A stretch of DNA of 64,000 bases, taken from the NCBI GenBank assembly GCA_033581555.1, contig JAVQSZ010000001.1:64001-128000 (forward strand), written 5' to 3'. A model generated the notes under the pieces. The model was given only the letters and a program-made list of their open reading frames with translations, made no database searches and had not been told where the DNA came from. Made by a program: the position numbers and the translations under genes. Positions 36,767-47,600 of the stretch are shown piece by piece (position 1 is the stretch's first letter; every line of letters starts with the position of its first letter). Source of the stretch: Nitrososphaerota archaeon (GTDB lineage Archaea > Thermoproteota > Nitrososphaeria_A > Caldarchaeales > Calditenuaceae).

Positions 36767-38290
36767 TCAGGTCAAGTACTTCGTGCCTCCATGGACGAGC
36801 GCCCTGTAGACGACCGCCGCGAAGGCCGCTACGTACACCGAAGCGGCCGCGATGACCGTCGGCGTCGGGGAGCTGGCCAAAGGTTCGAAAGTCCTGAGGA
36901 CGAGAACCGGGAGGGAGAGGAGGGCGGAGCCAGCTAGAGGGACGACGATGAAGACCAGCGAGCCCAGCGAGAGCGGCGATGACTCGATCCTGACAGTCAG
37001 GGACGTGAGCACCGCGAGCGCCGAGCCGAAGTAGGACATGGACGCGAGCAGGATCAGGTCCACCGCGAGGAACGGCAACTCCCCGACGCCTACCGAGACG
37101 AGCGAGTAGAGGAAGAGCGAGAACGGCAGGGTCACGGTCACGTAAGCCAGCAGGAGGCCCGAGAGGTACGGCCTCTCGCTCCAAGGTGACATCTTGACCA
37201 ACCAAAGGTTCCTCCGCTCCGAGAGGCCCCAGTTTATCGCCAGCAGGGCAGGGAGCAGGGGGACGTAGAGCGCAATCATCGTGAGCTGGGCCAGCTCGGG
37301 GAACGTGAACGACCCCATAATTCTCGGGACCGCGATGTTACCGAGCGTGAGCAAAACGAGGACCGTCGCACCCGTGAAAAGGCTACCCTCCCTGGCGACC
37401 CTCGTGAGGTGTAGGGCGTACATCAGTCCGGTTAGGCGGGAACTGGCCCTAAGTCCGAGCACCCGTAACAGGGCAGCTGGGACCGCAACGCGGCCCGTGA
37501 TCATCGTGGGCCTGTCCATTAACGCCGAGACCAGCAAGGGCGTTACCGAGGGGTAGAAGTTCGTCCCGGAGAGCCGAACGTAAACCGCCAGCGAGGCCGC
37601 GACGTAAGGAAGCAAGTACAGGAGGACTGAAGTTGAGCCTTCGGTCACCGCGTGGGAGAGGATCAGGGCTGGGTGATAACTGAGCTCTGACGGCCGGGGG
37701 ACTCCGAGCGCGGAGAGGCCCAAGGGCATCAGGACCGACGCCATTAGACCCCAGCCGAGCAACCTCGAACCCCTGTCGCCTAACTTCGTCCTCGAGAGCC
37801 CGATCACGTGGGACAGCATGATCGCCATCACCATCGCGATCGCGTAGCACGGTATGGCGACCGCTAGGTACGTCACATGGGCCGGGTAAGTGATTGTCCC
37901 AATCATGAGGGCGACTGGCGGAACGACGAAGAGGGAGAGCATGACGAACTGGAAGATCGCGTCCGAGACTAGGAAGGTCCTCGGCTTCACGCGCGACGGC
38001 AAGACGAAGTCGATCTCGTAGGGGAAGGCGGTGACCCCACCCTTCAGGCCGAGGTATATGCCGGCAGCCATGACGGCGGCCATGGTGACCTCGGTCAGGA
38101 CCGGAAGGAAGCCCGCGGGGCCTGACCCCGACACGACGCCCGCGACCCGGAGCGCGAGCGAGAAGAGGCCGGTCCCGACGAGCCAGAGTCCATAGACGAT
38201 GAACAAGAAGACGACGTTCCTCGGCCTACCGACGACGGGCCCCAAGTATTGGCGGAGTTTGACCCTCAGGAGGACGAAAGCGACCCTCAT
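36767..38290 (-). CDS. ABC exporter permease (multi-TM)
   Basis: Strongly hydrophobic, EIDFVLPSRV motif; ATGA-coupled to the ABC ATPase. Confidence 0.8.
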   Translation of the reverse strand: MRVAFVLLRVKLRQYLGPVVGRPRNVVFLFIVYGLWLVGTGLFSLALRVAGVVSGSGPAGFLPVLTEVTMAAVMAAGIYLGLKGGVTAFPYEIDFVLPSRVKPRTFLVSDAIFQFVMLSLFVVPPVALMIGTITYPAHVTYLAVAIPCYAIAMVMAIMLSHVIGLSRTKLGDRGSRLLGWGLMASVLMPLGLSALGVPRPSELSYHPALILSHAVTEGSTSVLLYLLPYVAASLAVYVRLSGTNFYPSVTPLLVSALMDRPTMITGRVAVPAALLRVLGLRASSRLTGLMYALHLTRVAREGSLFTGATVLVLLTLGNIAVPRIMGSFTFPELAQLTMIALYVPLLPALLAINWGLSERRNLWLVKMSPWSERPYLSGLLLAYVTVTLPFSLFLYSLVSVGVGELPFLAVDLILLASMSYFGSALAVLTSLTVRIESSPLSLGSLVFIVVPLAGSALLSLPVLVLRTFEPLASSPTPTVIAAASVYVAAFAAVVYRALVHGGTKYLT

Positions 38291-39021
38291 TCCCTCACCC
38301 GGGAGACCGTCCTCAAGAAGGCCTCTTCCAGCGACGCCGAAGAGTCGAGCCCCGCAGACCGCTTGAGCTCTTCGAGGCTCCCTGAGGCCAAATCTTTTCC
38401 ACGGTGGACGATCGTCGCCGAGTTGCAGACCCTCTCTATCGTGTCGAGGAGGTGCGTGCTGACCAGTACCGATCCCCCGCGCTTCGATATCTCCTTCATC
38501 TCCGCCTTAGCGACGCTCTGGACTTCGGGGTCGAGACCGTTAAAGGGCTCGTCGAGGACGAGGATGAGTGGGTCGTTGACGATCGCCGACGCGAACGCGA
38601 CCCGCTGCTTCAGGCCCTTCGAGAGGCCGAAGATCAGTTTGTCGAGGAGACCGTTCAACCCGAAGAGCTCCGCGACCTCCGAAACGCTGGTCTGCAACTC
38701 CCTCCCCCCGAGGCCCTTTAGCCTCGCGACGAAGACGAGGAACTCCCTCACGGTCAGGTACTCCGGTAGCGACGGGTTCTCGGGGAGGTACCCAATCAGG
38801 GACTTGTAGGAGACGTCCTCTGTGGCCGAGCGGCCCGCCACTCTGACATGGCCGCGGTCGGGCCTGAGCAGCCCCACGACGCACTTGACGGTCGTGGTCT
38901 TGCCCGCGCCGTTCAGCCCCAGGAGGCCGTGCACGCTCCCCGCCCTCACGGTGAGGTTGAGGCCCCGAACTGCTGGCTCTCCGTCGAAGCTCTTCCAGAG
39001 GTCCTTGACCTCGATCATCAT
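38287..39021 (-). CDS. ABC transporter ATP-binding protein
   Basis: GLNGAGKTT, LSKGLKQR, LVLDEPF, VSTH. Confidence 0.95.
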   Translation of the reverse strand: MMIEVKDLWKSFDGEPAVRGLNLTVRAGSVHGLLGLNGAGKTTTVKCVVGLLRPDRGHVRVAGRSATEDVSYKSLIGYLPENPSLPEYLTVREFLVFVARLKGLGGRELQTSVSEVAELFGLNGLLDKLIFGLSKGLKQRVAFASAIVNDPLILVLDEPFNGLDPEVQSVAKAEMKEISKRGGSVLVSTHLLDTIERVCNSATIVHRGKDLASGSLEELKRSAGLDSSASLEEAFLRTVSRVRE

Positions 39022-39162
39022 TCGGCCGATCGCCTCCCTCTCGGTTGTACTTCTGGCAGAACTTTGCCCTTTCTGCGACGCAGTAATAGAAAAAGTGCTT
39101 TCAGCGACTTTGGTCCTTACTCACGGGATACCCTTATCAATCGGTAACCGCATATACGCTCA

Positions 39163-40965
39163 ATGAGAAGACGAGACTCTCCCGCTAAGAGCCCTAGCAT
39201 CGTTATCAAGTTCAAGAGGTGGGACGCGCCGAAGAACTTCGAGGTTTTTGACAGGTATAAGACTGGAATGAGCGAGGTCCTGATAGGCAGGGAGCCCAAT
39301 TCACCGGCCCTGAAATACGCGGTTCAGGACCCGCCAGTCAGCGACAAGGAGCTGGAGGAGCTCGGGGCGCTCGCGGGCGAGCTCATCTACACGATAAGGT
39401 CGAAGGAGGAGTTCACGAAGGAGAAGTTCGAGGAGGTGCTAAAGAAGAGAAACCTGCACAACCCGATCCTGCTCCACTACATCGAGAGGGAGCTCTGGGG
39501 ATACGGGCCGTTGGCCGCGGTGATGGCTGACCCTAGGGTCGAGAACGTCGAGTGCAACAAGGCCAACAGCCCGGTGACGGTCACTCATACGGACTACGGC
39601 CGGATAGAGACCAACATGGTTTTCACCGATGAGGAGCTGGACAGGCTGGTGATGAGGCTCGCCCACCTCGCGGGAAAGAGCGTCTCGATCTTCAAGCCGT
39701 TCCTAGACGGCGTGACGATACCTGGAGGTCACCGGTACACCTGCACCTACAGGACAGAGATCTCCTCGAGCAGCACCTTCGCGATCAGGAAGTTCCCTGA
39801 GAAGCCGTGGACCATCACCAAGCTACTCATGAACGAGACCATCACCCCCGAGATGGCGGCCTGGATTTGGTTGATGATCGAGACGAGGCAGGCTACGCTG
39901 GTCGCGGGGGTCATGGGCTCCGGCAAGACCTCTCTCATCAACGCTCTGGCTTCGTTCGCACCGCCTCACATGAAGATCGGGAGCGCGGAGGACGTCCCCG
40001 AGTTCAGGTTGCCTCACACTTACTGGCTGAGGTACGTCATCAGGGAGGCACAGACCATAGAGGGCACCGGCGCCGTAACGATCTTCGACCTCCTCAAGCT
40101 GCTCCTCAGGAGCAACGTCGACTACATTCTGGTCAACGAGATCAGGGGCGAGGACGCGAAGGTCTGGATGCAGGCGGTCGCGACCGGGCACGGCGGAGTC
40201 ACCAGCATCCACGCGGAGGACCCGGAGAGCGTCTTCGCGAGGCTCGAGCAGCTTGGAATTCCGCCGGCCCACCTCTCGGCCCTGAAGGGGATCGCGTTCA
40301 TCGGCTTCATCTTCCAGGACATAGGGAGGGGTTACTTCAAAAGGATCAGGAAGGTAAGGGAGTTCTTCGAGGTTAAGCTCGGCGAGGGCGAGAAGGAGGT
40401 CAAGAGGCTCTTCTGGTACGAGGCGGGCCCACAGGGAGGCCCCCGAAGCGTTCCCTTGGAGGAGCTCCTCTCCACCAACTCCGCAAAGGTTGTCTCAGAG
40501 TACCTGGGGCTCTCGAAGGAGAGGCTCAAGGAGGAGTACCTCAACAGGGTGGAGTTCCTCAAGTGGATGAGGGACATGGCGCTCGCGAAACCTGAGACCG
40601 CGGAGATGGAGTACGTCAAGCAGTTCATGACGAACTTCTACATCGACAAGACTTTCTATAAGTCAATTCCGATCCCGGCTAGACCGGAGCACGCCGTGAA
40701 GGAGAAGAAGGAGGTCCCGGTCGTTAAGCCGAAGGTGACGATTCAGGGGCTGACGCCCACAGGTGCGGCAGGTCCTGCGACCGAGGCCAAGACCGCATCC
40801 GGGTCCGGGGAGAAGGGGTTAGGCGACGTCAAACTCGTGGGAGTCGGCGACTTAGTACTGAAGCCTCCGAGAGTGGTCAAGAAGGGCAGGATGGTTGAAT
40901 CGAAGGAGGAGACGGAGGAGGACTCCGGCGGGATTCTCACCAAGCTCAGGAGGGAGAGGAGATAG
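39163..40965 (+). CDS. Type IV pilus/T2SS assembly ATPase (VirB11/TadA/ArlI family) with a low-complexity C-tail
   Basis: GYGPLAAVMADPRVENVEC, AIRKFPEKP, GVMGSGKTS, EDVPE, ILVNEIRG, ATGHGGVTSIHAE. Confidence 0.95.
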   Translation: MRRRDSPAKSPSIVIKFKRWDAPKNFEVFDRYKTGMSEVLIGREPNSPALKYAVQDPPVSDKELEELGALAGELIYTIRSKEEFTKEKFEEVLKKRNLHNPILLHYIERELWGYGPLAAVMADPRVENVECNKANSPVTVTHTDYGRIETNMVFTDEELDRLVMRLAHLAGKSVSIFKPFLDGVTIPGGHRYTCTYRTEISSSSTFAIRKFPEKPWTITKLLMNETITPEMAAWIWLMIETRQATLVAGVMGSGKTSLINALASFAPPHMKIGSAEDVPEFRLPHTYWLRYVIREAQTIEGTGAVTIFDLLKLLLRSNVDYILVNEIRGEDAKVWMQAVATGHGGVTSIHAEDPESVFARLEQLGIPPAHLSALKGIAFIGFIFQDIGRGYFKRIRKVREFFEVKLGEGEKEVKRLFWYEAGPQGGPRSVPLEELLSTNSAKVVSEYLGLSKERLKEEYLNRVEFLKWMRDMALAKPETAEMEYVKQFMTNFYIDKTFYKSIPIPARPEHAVKEKKEVPVVKPKVTIQGLTPTGAAGPATEAKTASGSGEKGLGDVKLVGVGDLVLKPPRVVKKGRMVESKEETEEDSGGILTKLRRERR

Positions 40966-40968
40966 CCC

Positions 40969-42630
40969 ATGGCGCTGACCGGCAGGCTCGAGCGCTTCCT
41001 CGCGAACTACATCTATCTCAGCGGGATCAACGTCCTCCCGAGCAGTTACGCCAAGAAGGTGCTCAACCTGCTAATTGCGTCGGCCGCGCTCTCCGGGTTC
41101 CTGATCTACTTCTCGCTGGTCGTCGTGGGCGTTCCTGCTTTCGTGATTATTGGGGTCATGCCGCTGGCCTATTCCGTCTACCTCTTATTCAGGCCTATAG
41201 TGAAGGCGAGAGCCCTTGAGTCCGGCTGCATCAGGGAGCTGCCTTACGTGGCCGCCCTCATGACCTCCTACGCCGCGGTGGGAATTCCGCCTCACAGGAG
41301 CATGGCGGTCGCGGGGATGAAGGAGAGGCTGTTCCCGTACTTCTCCAAGCTGGTCAAGCGGATCGAGACGGTCCGGATAGTGGCCGTTAAGGACGTCCTG
41401 GAGGCGATCGAGGAGGAGGCCGACAAACTCAACTCGCTCACGCTCAAGGACTACCTGCAGTCGGCGGTCGGAGCTGAACGCGGCGGAGGTGGGATGTACA
41501 ACGTCCTGAAGGACAAGATGAGGTCCCTGTTCAACGACCTGAAGGAGAAGTACAAGGCGTTGGGCGACCAGCTCAAGCTCTTCGGAGACCTGCTGCTGGT
41601 CTTCTTCGGGGTGCTACCGCTTCTCCTCTACACGATGCTGACGGTCTTCGCGAGCGACATGGCCATAGACACCTCCCGGACCTTCACGTTCATCATCACG
41701 CCGATGCTGGTCCTGGTCCTCGGGCTGATGATCGACTCGGGATATCCCACGACGCCTCAGAGCTTCGACAAGTACTACGTCAGGACGCTCACCATCGGTC
41801 TGCCCATCGCAGCCGCCGTCGCCGGCGTGATCTACCTCTCTCCGACCGTGGCGGAGGCGGTGCTGGGCGCGAGGCTGCTCCAATACAAGCTCGCATTCGC
41901 GCTGGGAGGCGCCCTCATAGCCATCTCTGCGGTTGGGACTTGGCTCTTTTACAGGGATTACAACTTCATGAACGGAGTAGACTACGCGATCCCGAGCTTC
42001 GTCAGGGACCTGACCGAGGAGGTGAAGAAGGGGAAGAGCCCTGCGATGTCGATGATTTACCTCGCCGAGGTCAGGAGCTACGGGAAGCACTTCGACTCCG
42101 TGCTGCACCACGTCGCGGCACAGCTCAAGATAGGAAGGAGCATCAGGGGGGCCCTCGAGCCTTACAGGGGAAAGATTTCTTGGAGGTCCGAGCTGATCCT
42201 CGACCTGATCGCAGACGCTGAGGAACTCGGCGCCCAGAGGGAGATCTTCGAGGAGCTGACCGAGATCAGCAGGGAGGTTAGGGACGCGATTCGGGTCGCT
42301 AAGGCGAAGACGACCGGGTTCAAGTTCTTCGGGCTGATGGTGGCTGTCTTAATGATCTTCATCGCAGCTCTTTTGATCAAGCAGATCATCGTCCCTCTGT
42401 CAAACTTGGCTGTGACCATACCCCAGACGGTTGGGCTCGGTAGCGTCAGGCTCCTGAGGCCTGATCAGCTCCCGATGCTGATCGACAACATCTCGGCGGG
42501 GATCGTGCTCAACGCGACGTTCCTGGGGATGCTCACCGGGAAGATGAGCGAGGGCATCACGGCCGCGGGCTTCCTCTACGCGGTCATCTACACCACCGCA
42601 GCTGTGATCGCGATGGGGGTGCTGTTCTGA
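40969..42630 (+). CDS. Type II secretion system F family / TadC-ArlJ-like platform protein
   Basis: Two T2SSF-like repeats (ELPYVAALM...; IPSFVRDLTEEVKKGKS...YG), multiple TMs; starts 3 bp after the ATPase stop. Confidence 0.9.
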   Translation: MALTGRLERFLANYIYLSGINVLPSSYAKKVLNLLIASAALSGFLIYFSLVVVGVPAFVIIGVMPLAYSVYLLFRPIVKARALESGCIRELPYVAALMTSYAAVGIPPHRSMAVAGMKERLFPYFSKLVKRIETVRIVAVKDVLEAIEEEADKLNSLTLKDYLQSAVGAERGGGGMYNVLKDKMRSLFNDLKEKYKALGDQLKLFGDLLLVFFGVLPLLLYTMLTVFASDMAIDTSRTFTFIITPMLVLVLGLMIDSGYPTTPQSFDKYYVRTLTIGLPIAAAVAGVIYLSPTVAEAVLGARLLQYKLAFALGGALIAISAVGTWLFYRDYNFMNGVDYAIPSFVRDLTEEVKKGKSPAMSMIYLAEVRSYGKHFDSVLHHVAAQLKIGRSIRGALEPYRGKISWRSELILDLIADAEELGAQREIFEELTEISREVRDAIRVAKAKTTGFKFFGLMVAVLMIFIAALLIKQIIVPLSNLAVTIPQTVGLGSVRLLRPDQLPMLIDNISAGIVLNATFLGMLTGKMSEGITAAGFLYAVIYTTAAVIAMGVLF

Positions 42631-42631
42631 G

Positions 42632-44074
42632 ATGAGGGCTCATTTCGGTCAACGGTCTCCACGACGGTCGAGGAAGAAGGGCCAGGTCATGATAACTGCT
42701 GCGACTGTCATGACGGTCATTCTGCTGATCGTCGCGGCGGGATTGCCAGTGATCAACACCGGCATCGATCCGTCCAGCGAGGTATACGCAATAAGGAGGA
42801 CACTCGCGACGAACCTCGTCCCGCCTCTGGCGATGAGGATGGGGGCCTACCAGTGCGCATCTCAGTTGGTGAACGGAAAGGATCCCGACAGCTATGACCG
42901 AGTCATCGAGGAAGTGATGCAGAAACTCGAGGACAGCCTCAAGAGGAGGATCAAATCCGCGGTCCCAGGTTACGAGGTCCGAGAAATCAGGGTAGAGAAG
43001 GCTAATCTCCGCTCCTCTTGGGACAGGACGGGTTACAGGGCAACTCTAACAGTAGAGGTGGTGGTGGTCGTCTCGTTGAGCCCTGCGAATTCACAGGGCC
43101 TCATCTATGAGGTTAAACATGTTGAGCGGTTCCTGGTCAGCAATGCCCGTGATTTCGGGGGAGAGAACGACTACGCAGAGTCGGACCCTAAGGCTTTGGA
43201 GCCGCTGATGACATTAGTGGGCTTCATCCCGGTCGTAGGTAATATAATTGACGCGGCCCGGGAGATCTTTAACATGACAAAGTGGTCTTTCGGGTTTAAC
43301 GTCGGACTGAACTACTACGATATCTACAAGGGTGATTATGTAACAATAGGAGCACTGAAGAGAAGTGACCTCTGGGGCGTGGAGAGAAACAGAAAGCTTA
43401 ACGAGGGATTAGAGGTCATTCTGCTCAACAGGCATAACGATAAGTCATTCTCTGAGGGATTTGGTGGAATACTCCAGGACCTTAGAATTCTGACTTGGAC
43501 AGAAGGGGACAAAATAGACTGGATTGCGGTAGCGATCTCGTTAATACCGGGGCTCAAGTACGGAAAATTCTTGAATAAGGCAGGAGGATCCAAATCCGAC
43601 CTGGAGGACTCGGAATCACTTTACTCGAGCATCTCAAGAATTGGGAGTAGTCAGAATTTCAAACAGATGATGGAGGAAGCGCAGATGAAGGTGAGAGAGA
43701 TCGTGCAGACGTCCGATAAGCAGGACCTGAAACATCGACTCTTCGCGAACACCAATACTGGTAAACGAATCGGGGGTATCGGCGAAGATGCACAGAAAGC
43801 GATCGTCCTGTCGGCCGCCGAAAAGAAATTGGGGAAGAGTAAACAAATAACCATTATGAACCAATGGAAGGAGGCGTTAGGGGAATACGTAAAACTCGTT
43901 TCCCTCGAGGGACCGAGTTCAGGGAGCGAAGCCCTCTACTCATCTTCATCACAAGACTCGACTGTGAAGTTCCTGAAGGATAACGACCCCTTTGCGGTCT
44001 TCTTTTACACAACCCCTAACGGTCTCATGACGTATTCTGGGTGCGTCTGGTTCGAGGGGATGGCTGAACCATGA
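42632..44074 (+). CDS. Large pilin-like protein with a low-GC central insert resembling pre-toxin (PT-TG-like) segments
   Basis: RKKG|QVMITAATVMTVILLIV class III signal; LVGFIPVVGNIIDAAREI and AISLIPGLKYGKFLNKAG. Confidence 0.75.
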   Translation: MRAHFGQRSPRRSRKKGQVMITAATVMTVILLIVAAGLPVINTGIDPSSEVYAIRRTLATNLVPPLAMRMGAYQCASQLVNGKDPDSYDRVIEEVMQKLEDSLKRRIKSAVPGYEVREIRVEKANLRSSWDRTGYRATLTVEVVVVVSLSPANSQGLIYEVKHVERFLVSNARDFGGENDYAESDPKALEPLMTLVGFIPVVGNIIDAAREIFNMTKWSFGFNVGLNYYDIYKGDYVTIGALKRSDLWGVERNRKLNEGLEVILLNRHNDKSFSEGFGGILQDLRILTWTEGDKIDWIAVAISLIPGLKYGKFLNKAGGSKSDLEDSESLYSSISRIGSSQNFKQMMEEAQMKVREIVQTSDKQDLKHRLFANTNTGKRIGGIGEDAQKAIVLSAAEKKLGKSKQITIMNQWKEALGEYVKLVSLEGPSSGSEALYSSSSQDSTVKFLKDNDPFAVFFYTTPNGLMTYSGCVWFEGMAEP

Positions 44075-44619
44075 GTAGAGGAGCGGTCGAAGACTTGAGG
44101 CGATCAGGACAGGCCAGCGTCACGTTCGTCGTTCTGACCGTTCTCCTAGCGCTGGTGGGCCTAGGTTACTCGATGGCCACCGTGCAGCTGAGCGCGGTCG
44201 AGTCACCGGTGTGGGACGCGGTCGAGTCGATTAACAGGGCGATCCAGAAGGTCTACGGTTTACCGGAAAAGTCCCTGACACTTACCGTTTACGTGCCGAA
44301 GGACTCCGCGATTAGGATCGCAGCGCAGGGGGAGGACCGGTTGGTGATCGAGGCGACCGGCGCCTTCGGCGACAGGAGGTACAGAATCCTCGACGCTGAC
44401 GCGTGGAACATCCTCGACGAGAGGGCGATGAGGCTGACCACCGACGGCCTGCTGACGACGGTGTACGGCAAGCCCCCCGAGTTGCCGATCACGCTCTCCA
44501 ACCGTGAGGTCGTCCTCGGACCCGGGAGGCATACGATCGTACTCAGGAACCTGAACGGATACGTGCTTCAGCTCTTGGTCATCGAGCAAGGGGTTCCGAC
44601 CGAGGTGATCAGGAGGTGA
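44071..44619 (+). CDS. Minor pilin-like protein
   Basis: RRSG|QASVTFVVLTVLLALVGLGY class III signal. Confidence 0.8.
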   Translation: MSRGAVEDLRRSGQASVTFVVLTVLLALVGLGYSMATVQLSAVESPVWDAVESINRAIQKVYGLPEKSLTLTVYVPKDSAIRIAAQGEDRLVIEATGAFGDRRYRILDADAWNILDERAMRLTTDGLLTTVYGKPPELPITLSNREVVLGPGRHTIVLRNLNGYVLQLLVIEQGVPTEVIRR

Positions 44620-47600
44620 ATTCGCTGAGGCTTGGTCCGGCGTTGACGCTCCTGGTGTTGCTGCTCGTGCCCTCGGTGAGCGCCGAGAACTCGCCTTTAC
44701 CTCCCGGAGAGCCGGAGGACCTCGCGATCGCTGTCGCTCCCTCGGGTCACCTGATGGTCTCATACATAGTCGCGTATCCGATGAGTTCGTTAGCGGCCGC
44801 GGCCGATGCGATCCGCGACACCACGGAGGGCTCCGCGGTCCTCCTGCTCAACGTCAGGAGAATGGCGAGCAACGGCACCGCCTTCCTCGAGGTTGCCGGA
44901 CAACCCAGTGAGGCGCGCGTCAACAGCATCGTGAGGGCCTTCGCCTCAGCCACGGGTCTGAGGTTTGAGACGTCCGGCTCCACCGGGCAGTTCATCGCGA
45001 CCGTAACGTGGGGTGACGTAGTCAGGACAGTCGAGGCCCTTAAGCCCGCGACAGTAGGAGGTTTCTCCCCGAACCTCAGAAGGGAGTTCCTCGAACGTTT
45101 CGAGGAGGTCACGGTAGTGGTCAGCGTCTCGAAGATGCGGTGGGGTGTGACCACGTCCCTTGAGGTACGGCTGCTCAGGCAGCTCCAGTTCCCGAGTGGT
45201 GCGAGGGAACACGTGATCGACGTCCTCAGGGAGCTCGGAGTCAGCGATCTCAGGCCCGCGAGGGGTGCTATGCTCAACGTCATCCTGATGCCTCCCTTCG
45301 GGGCCCAGAAGTTCAACTACGAGGTCACCCCCAGATCAATTTCTCTGAGGCCCATCGCGGAGGGCGTCGACGCGCACTTCGCCATGCTGAACGGATCCAG
45401 CGTCATCACATCGCTCCGCTTCGGGTTCACCTACGCGTTCGGGTCCGGCGCGCTCAGGGACCTGCCCACGGACTTCCTCACGTTCGTAGAGAGGATCGAG
45501 AGGGCGGCAGCGCTCGTCAACAGGACCTCCACACCACTCCCAGCTCCGACCACACCACCGGGGCAGCGGCCGGTGCCATCGGATGAGGGCACAGAGGAGG
45601 CACCGGAAACCGAGACTCCCGATGCGGGGACCGTGGAAAGGGCCCCTGCGGGCGGGCCCATGGAAGCGCTGCGGAGAGTGCTCCCGCCGATAGAGGGAGC
45701 GGGCAGGACCATACAGATCGACCCGCTACACCTCCTGGTCATAGTAGTCTCAGCCGCAAGTTTTCTGGCCTTCGCGTCACTCTACGTGAGGGGCAGGGGA
45801 CCGTCGAAGAAGGGAGCGGCCTCTCTGGTCGTGGTCCTGCTGATCACGCTCTCGTTGGTGCTTCCGATAATGGCGATCAGCGCCGTCAGGGCGGAGCGCG
45901 CCTCAGGGGGGCTCGAGTCGATCCTAGAGGTCGAGCAGTTCCATCCGGGAGGAGCGCCATCGGACCTCGAGATACCGCTGCTGTTCCCGGGCTTCAAGAG
46001 GATAGACAAAGTGAGCAAGACCTTCATCTCGTTCGAGGAGATCAACGTCGTCGCGACTCCAGGACTTCACTCGCCTTACGTCCCACAGGGCTTCGAGAAG
46101 CTCCTCGCGACCTTGGGGATGGACCTCAGGCTGATTCAGATGGCAGGCCTGATCTTCGGCGGAGGTCTGAACCCGCTTGGAATGTTCAAGGGCATGACCG
46201 TGGCTCACGGCGCCACTTCGGTCTTTTTGGTGAACGAGGATGTGGGCGCGAACGTCTTCGTGACTTTCAAGGCGAAGCCGAGTGGCACGCTCAAGTCGCT
46301 GCTGAACGTGATCAACACCGTTTACAGAATCGGTTACGCTCTGTACCACTCAACGATCTGCTTCCCCGGGGACGGCTGCCTTCACCCGATCGGCTGGGGG
46401 ATGATGGTCGCCTCTTCCCTTGCGGCCGTTGCGCTCGCTCTCATCGCTCCCGGCTTCATGGTCTACGCGCTCGCCTCGTATCCGGTCGTCGTCAACAACG
46501 AGCTGTACGCGACGTTCTCCTTCAAGGACGGCAAATTTGCGGAGGACGAGGAGAGGCTCTGGCTCGCCGAGGAGAGGTACATGGTCTCTTTGGCCATCCT
46601 GATCATGATACTGAGGGCTCCCACGCTCTCGGGGTGGAGGGGCGCGGAAGGACTCACCGACATCCCGTTGACCGCATCGTTCCACGTCACCTCCGACGCC
46701 GACTCGGGCTGGAGACTGACCGATTTCCTAGGCATCTATTCGGGCGACAGGGGGCTGAAGGTCACGGTGGACTTCAAGGACGCTCTGGGGATATTCGGAC
46801 TCTTCGAGTCTCTCTTCGGTCTCTTCCAAGGCGCGTGGTCCTCTCTGGCCTCACACGTCGCGGGCTCGCTCTCGGAGCAGGAGTCAGTTCTAAGACAGAT
46901 CGCGTTCGAACTCCGGTCGCTGGTTAGAGTCAACGCGCTGCTGGATAGTCCGGTGAGCAAGCTCGATCGCGCGGTGACGCTCCTCGCGGACGCCAGGCTG
47001 AAACTCGGCGCGAGGAACTGCCAGGGCGCTCAGCAGAACGTCGACGGCGCGAGGGCATCGATAAGGAGCGCAATTCAAGACCTCCAGCCGCTCGTCTCGG
47101 ACTCAGGACTCGGTCACCTGATACGCCATTACATAAACGAGCTTGAAAAGGTAGAGGCATCACTCTCCGAGTACACCGAGCAGCTCGATGGGTTGTGCGC
47201 GCCATACAACTTCTCCGCGGAGCCGCCGACCGACCCCGAGTCCATCCCCGACGAGAGGAAGCTCACCCTCACGTTCATCGTGTTGTCCGCAACCCCGATG
47301 GTGACCGAAGCGGTTCACTACAAAACCAGCTCGACGCTCTCGCTGCGAGCGTACTGGGGATGGAACCCCCTGCCGGGCATAGCTTACGGTCTGGAGAGGA
47401 CAGTCAGGGAGATCTTCAGGGTTGCGAGGCTCACCGCGTACAACGCTTTGGACAGGCTGGATGAGGCCGTTGACTTCATCGCGAGCGAGGTCGCTGGGGA
47501 GCTCACGAGACCCCTTAACGCGCTGGTCGGCGGCTTGATTGGAGGGCCGCTCGGCGACTTGAGCGGGGCCCTGAGCCAGATACTGGGGCCGATCAGGTCA

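Noticed and set aside
39163-42630. Archaellum motor (arlI/arlJ)
   Set aside because: No arlH, arlF/G or recognisable archaellin nearby; the context is multiple minor pilins
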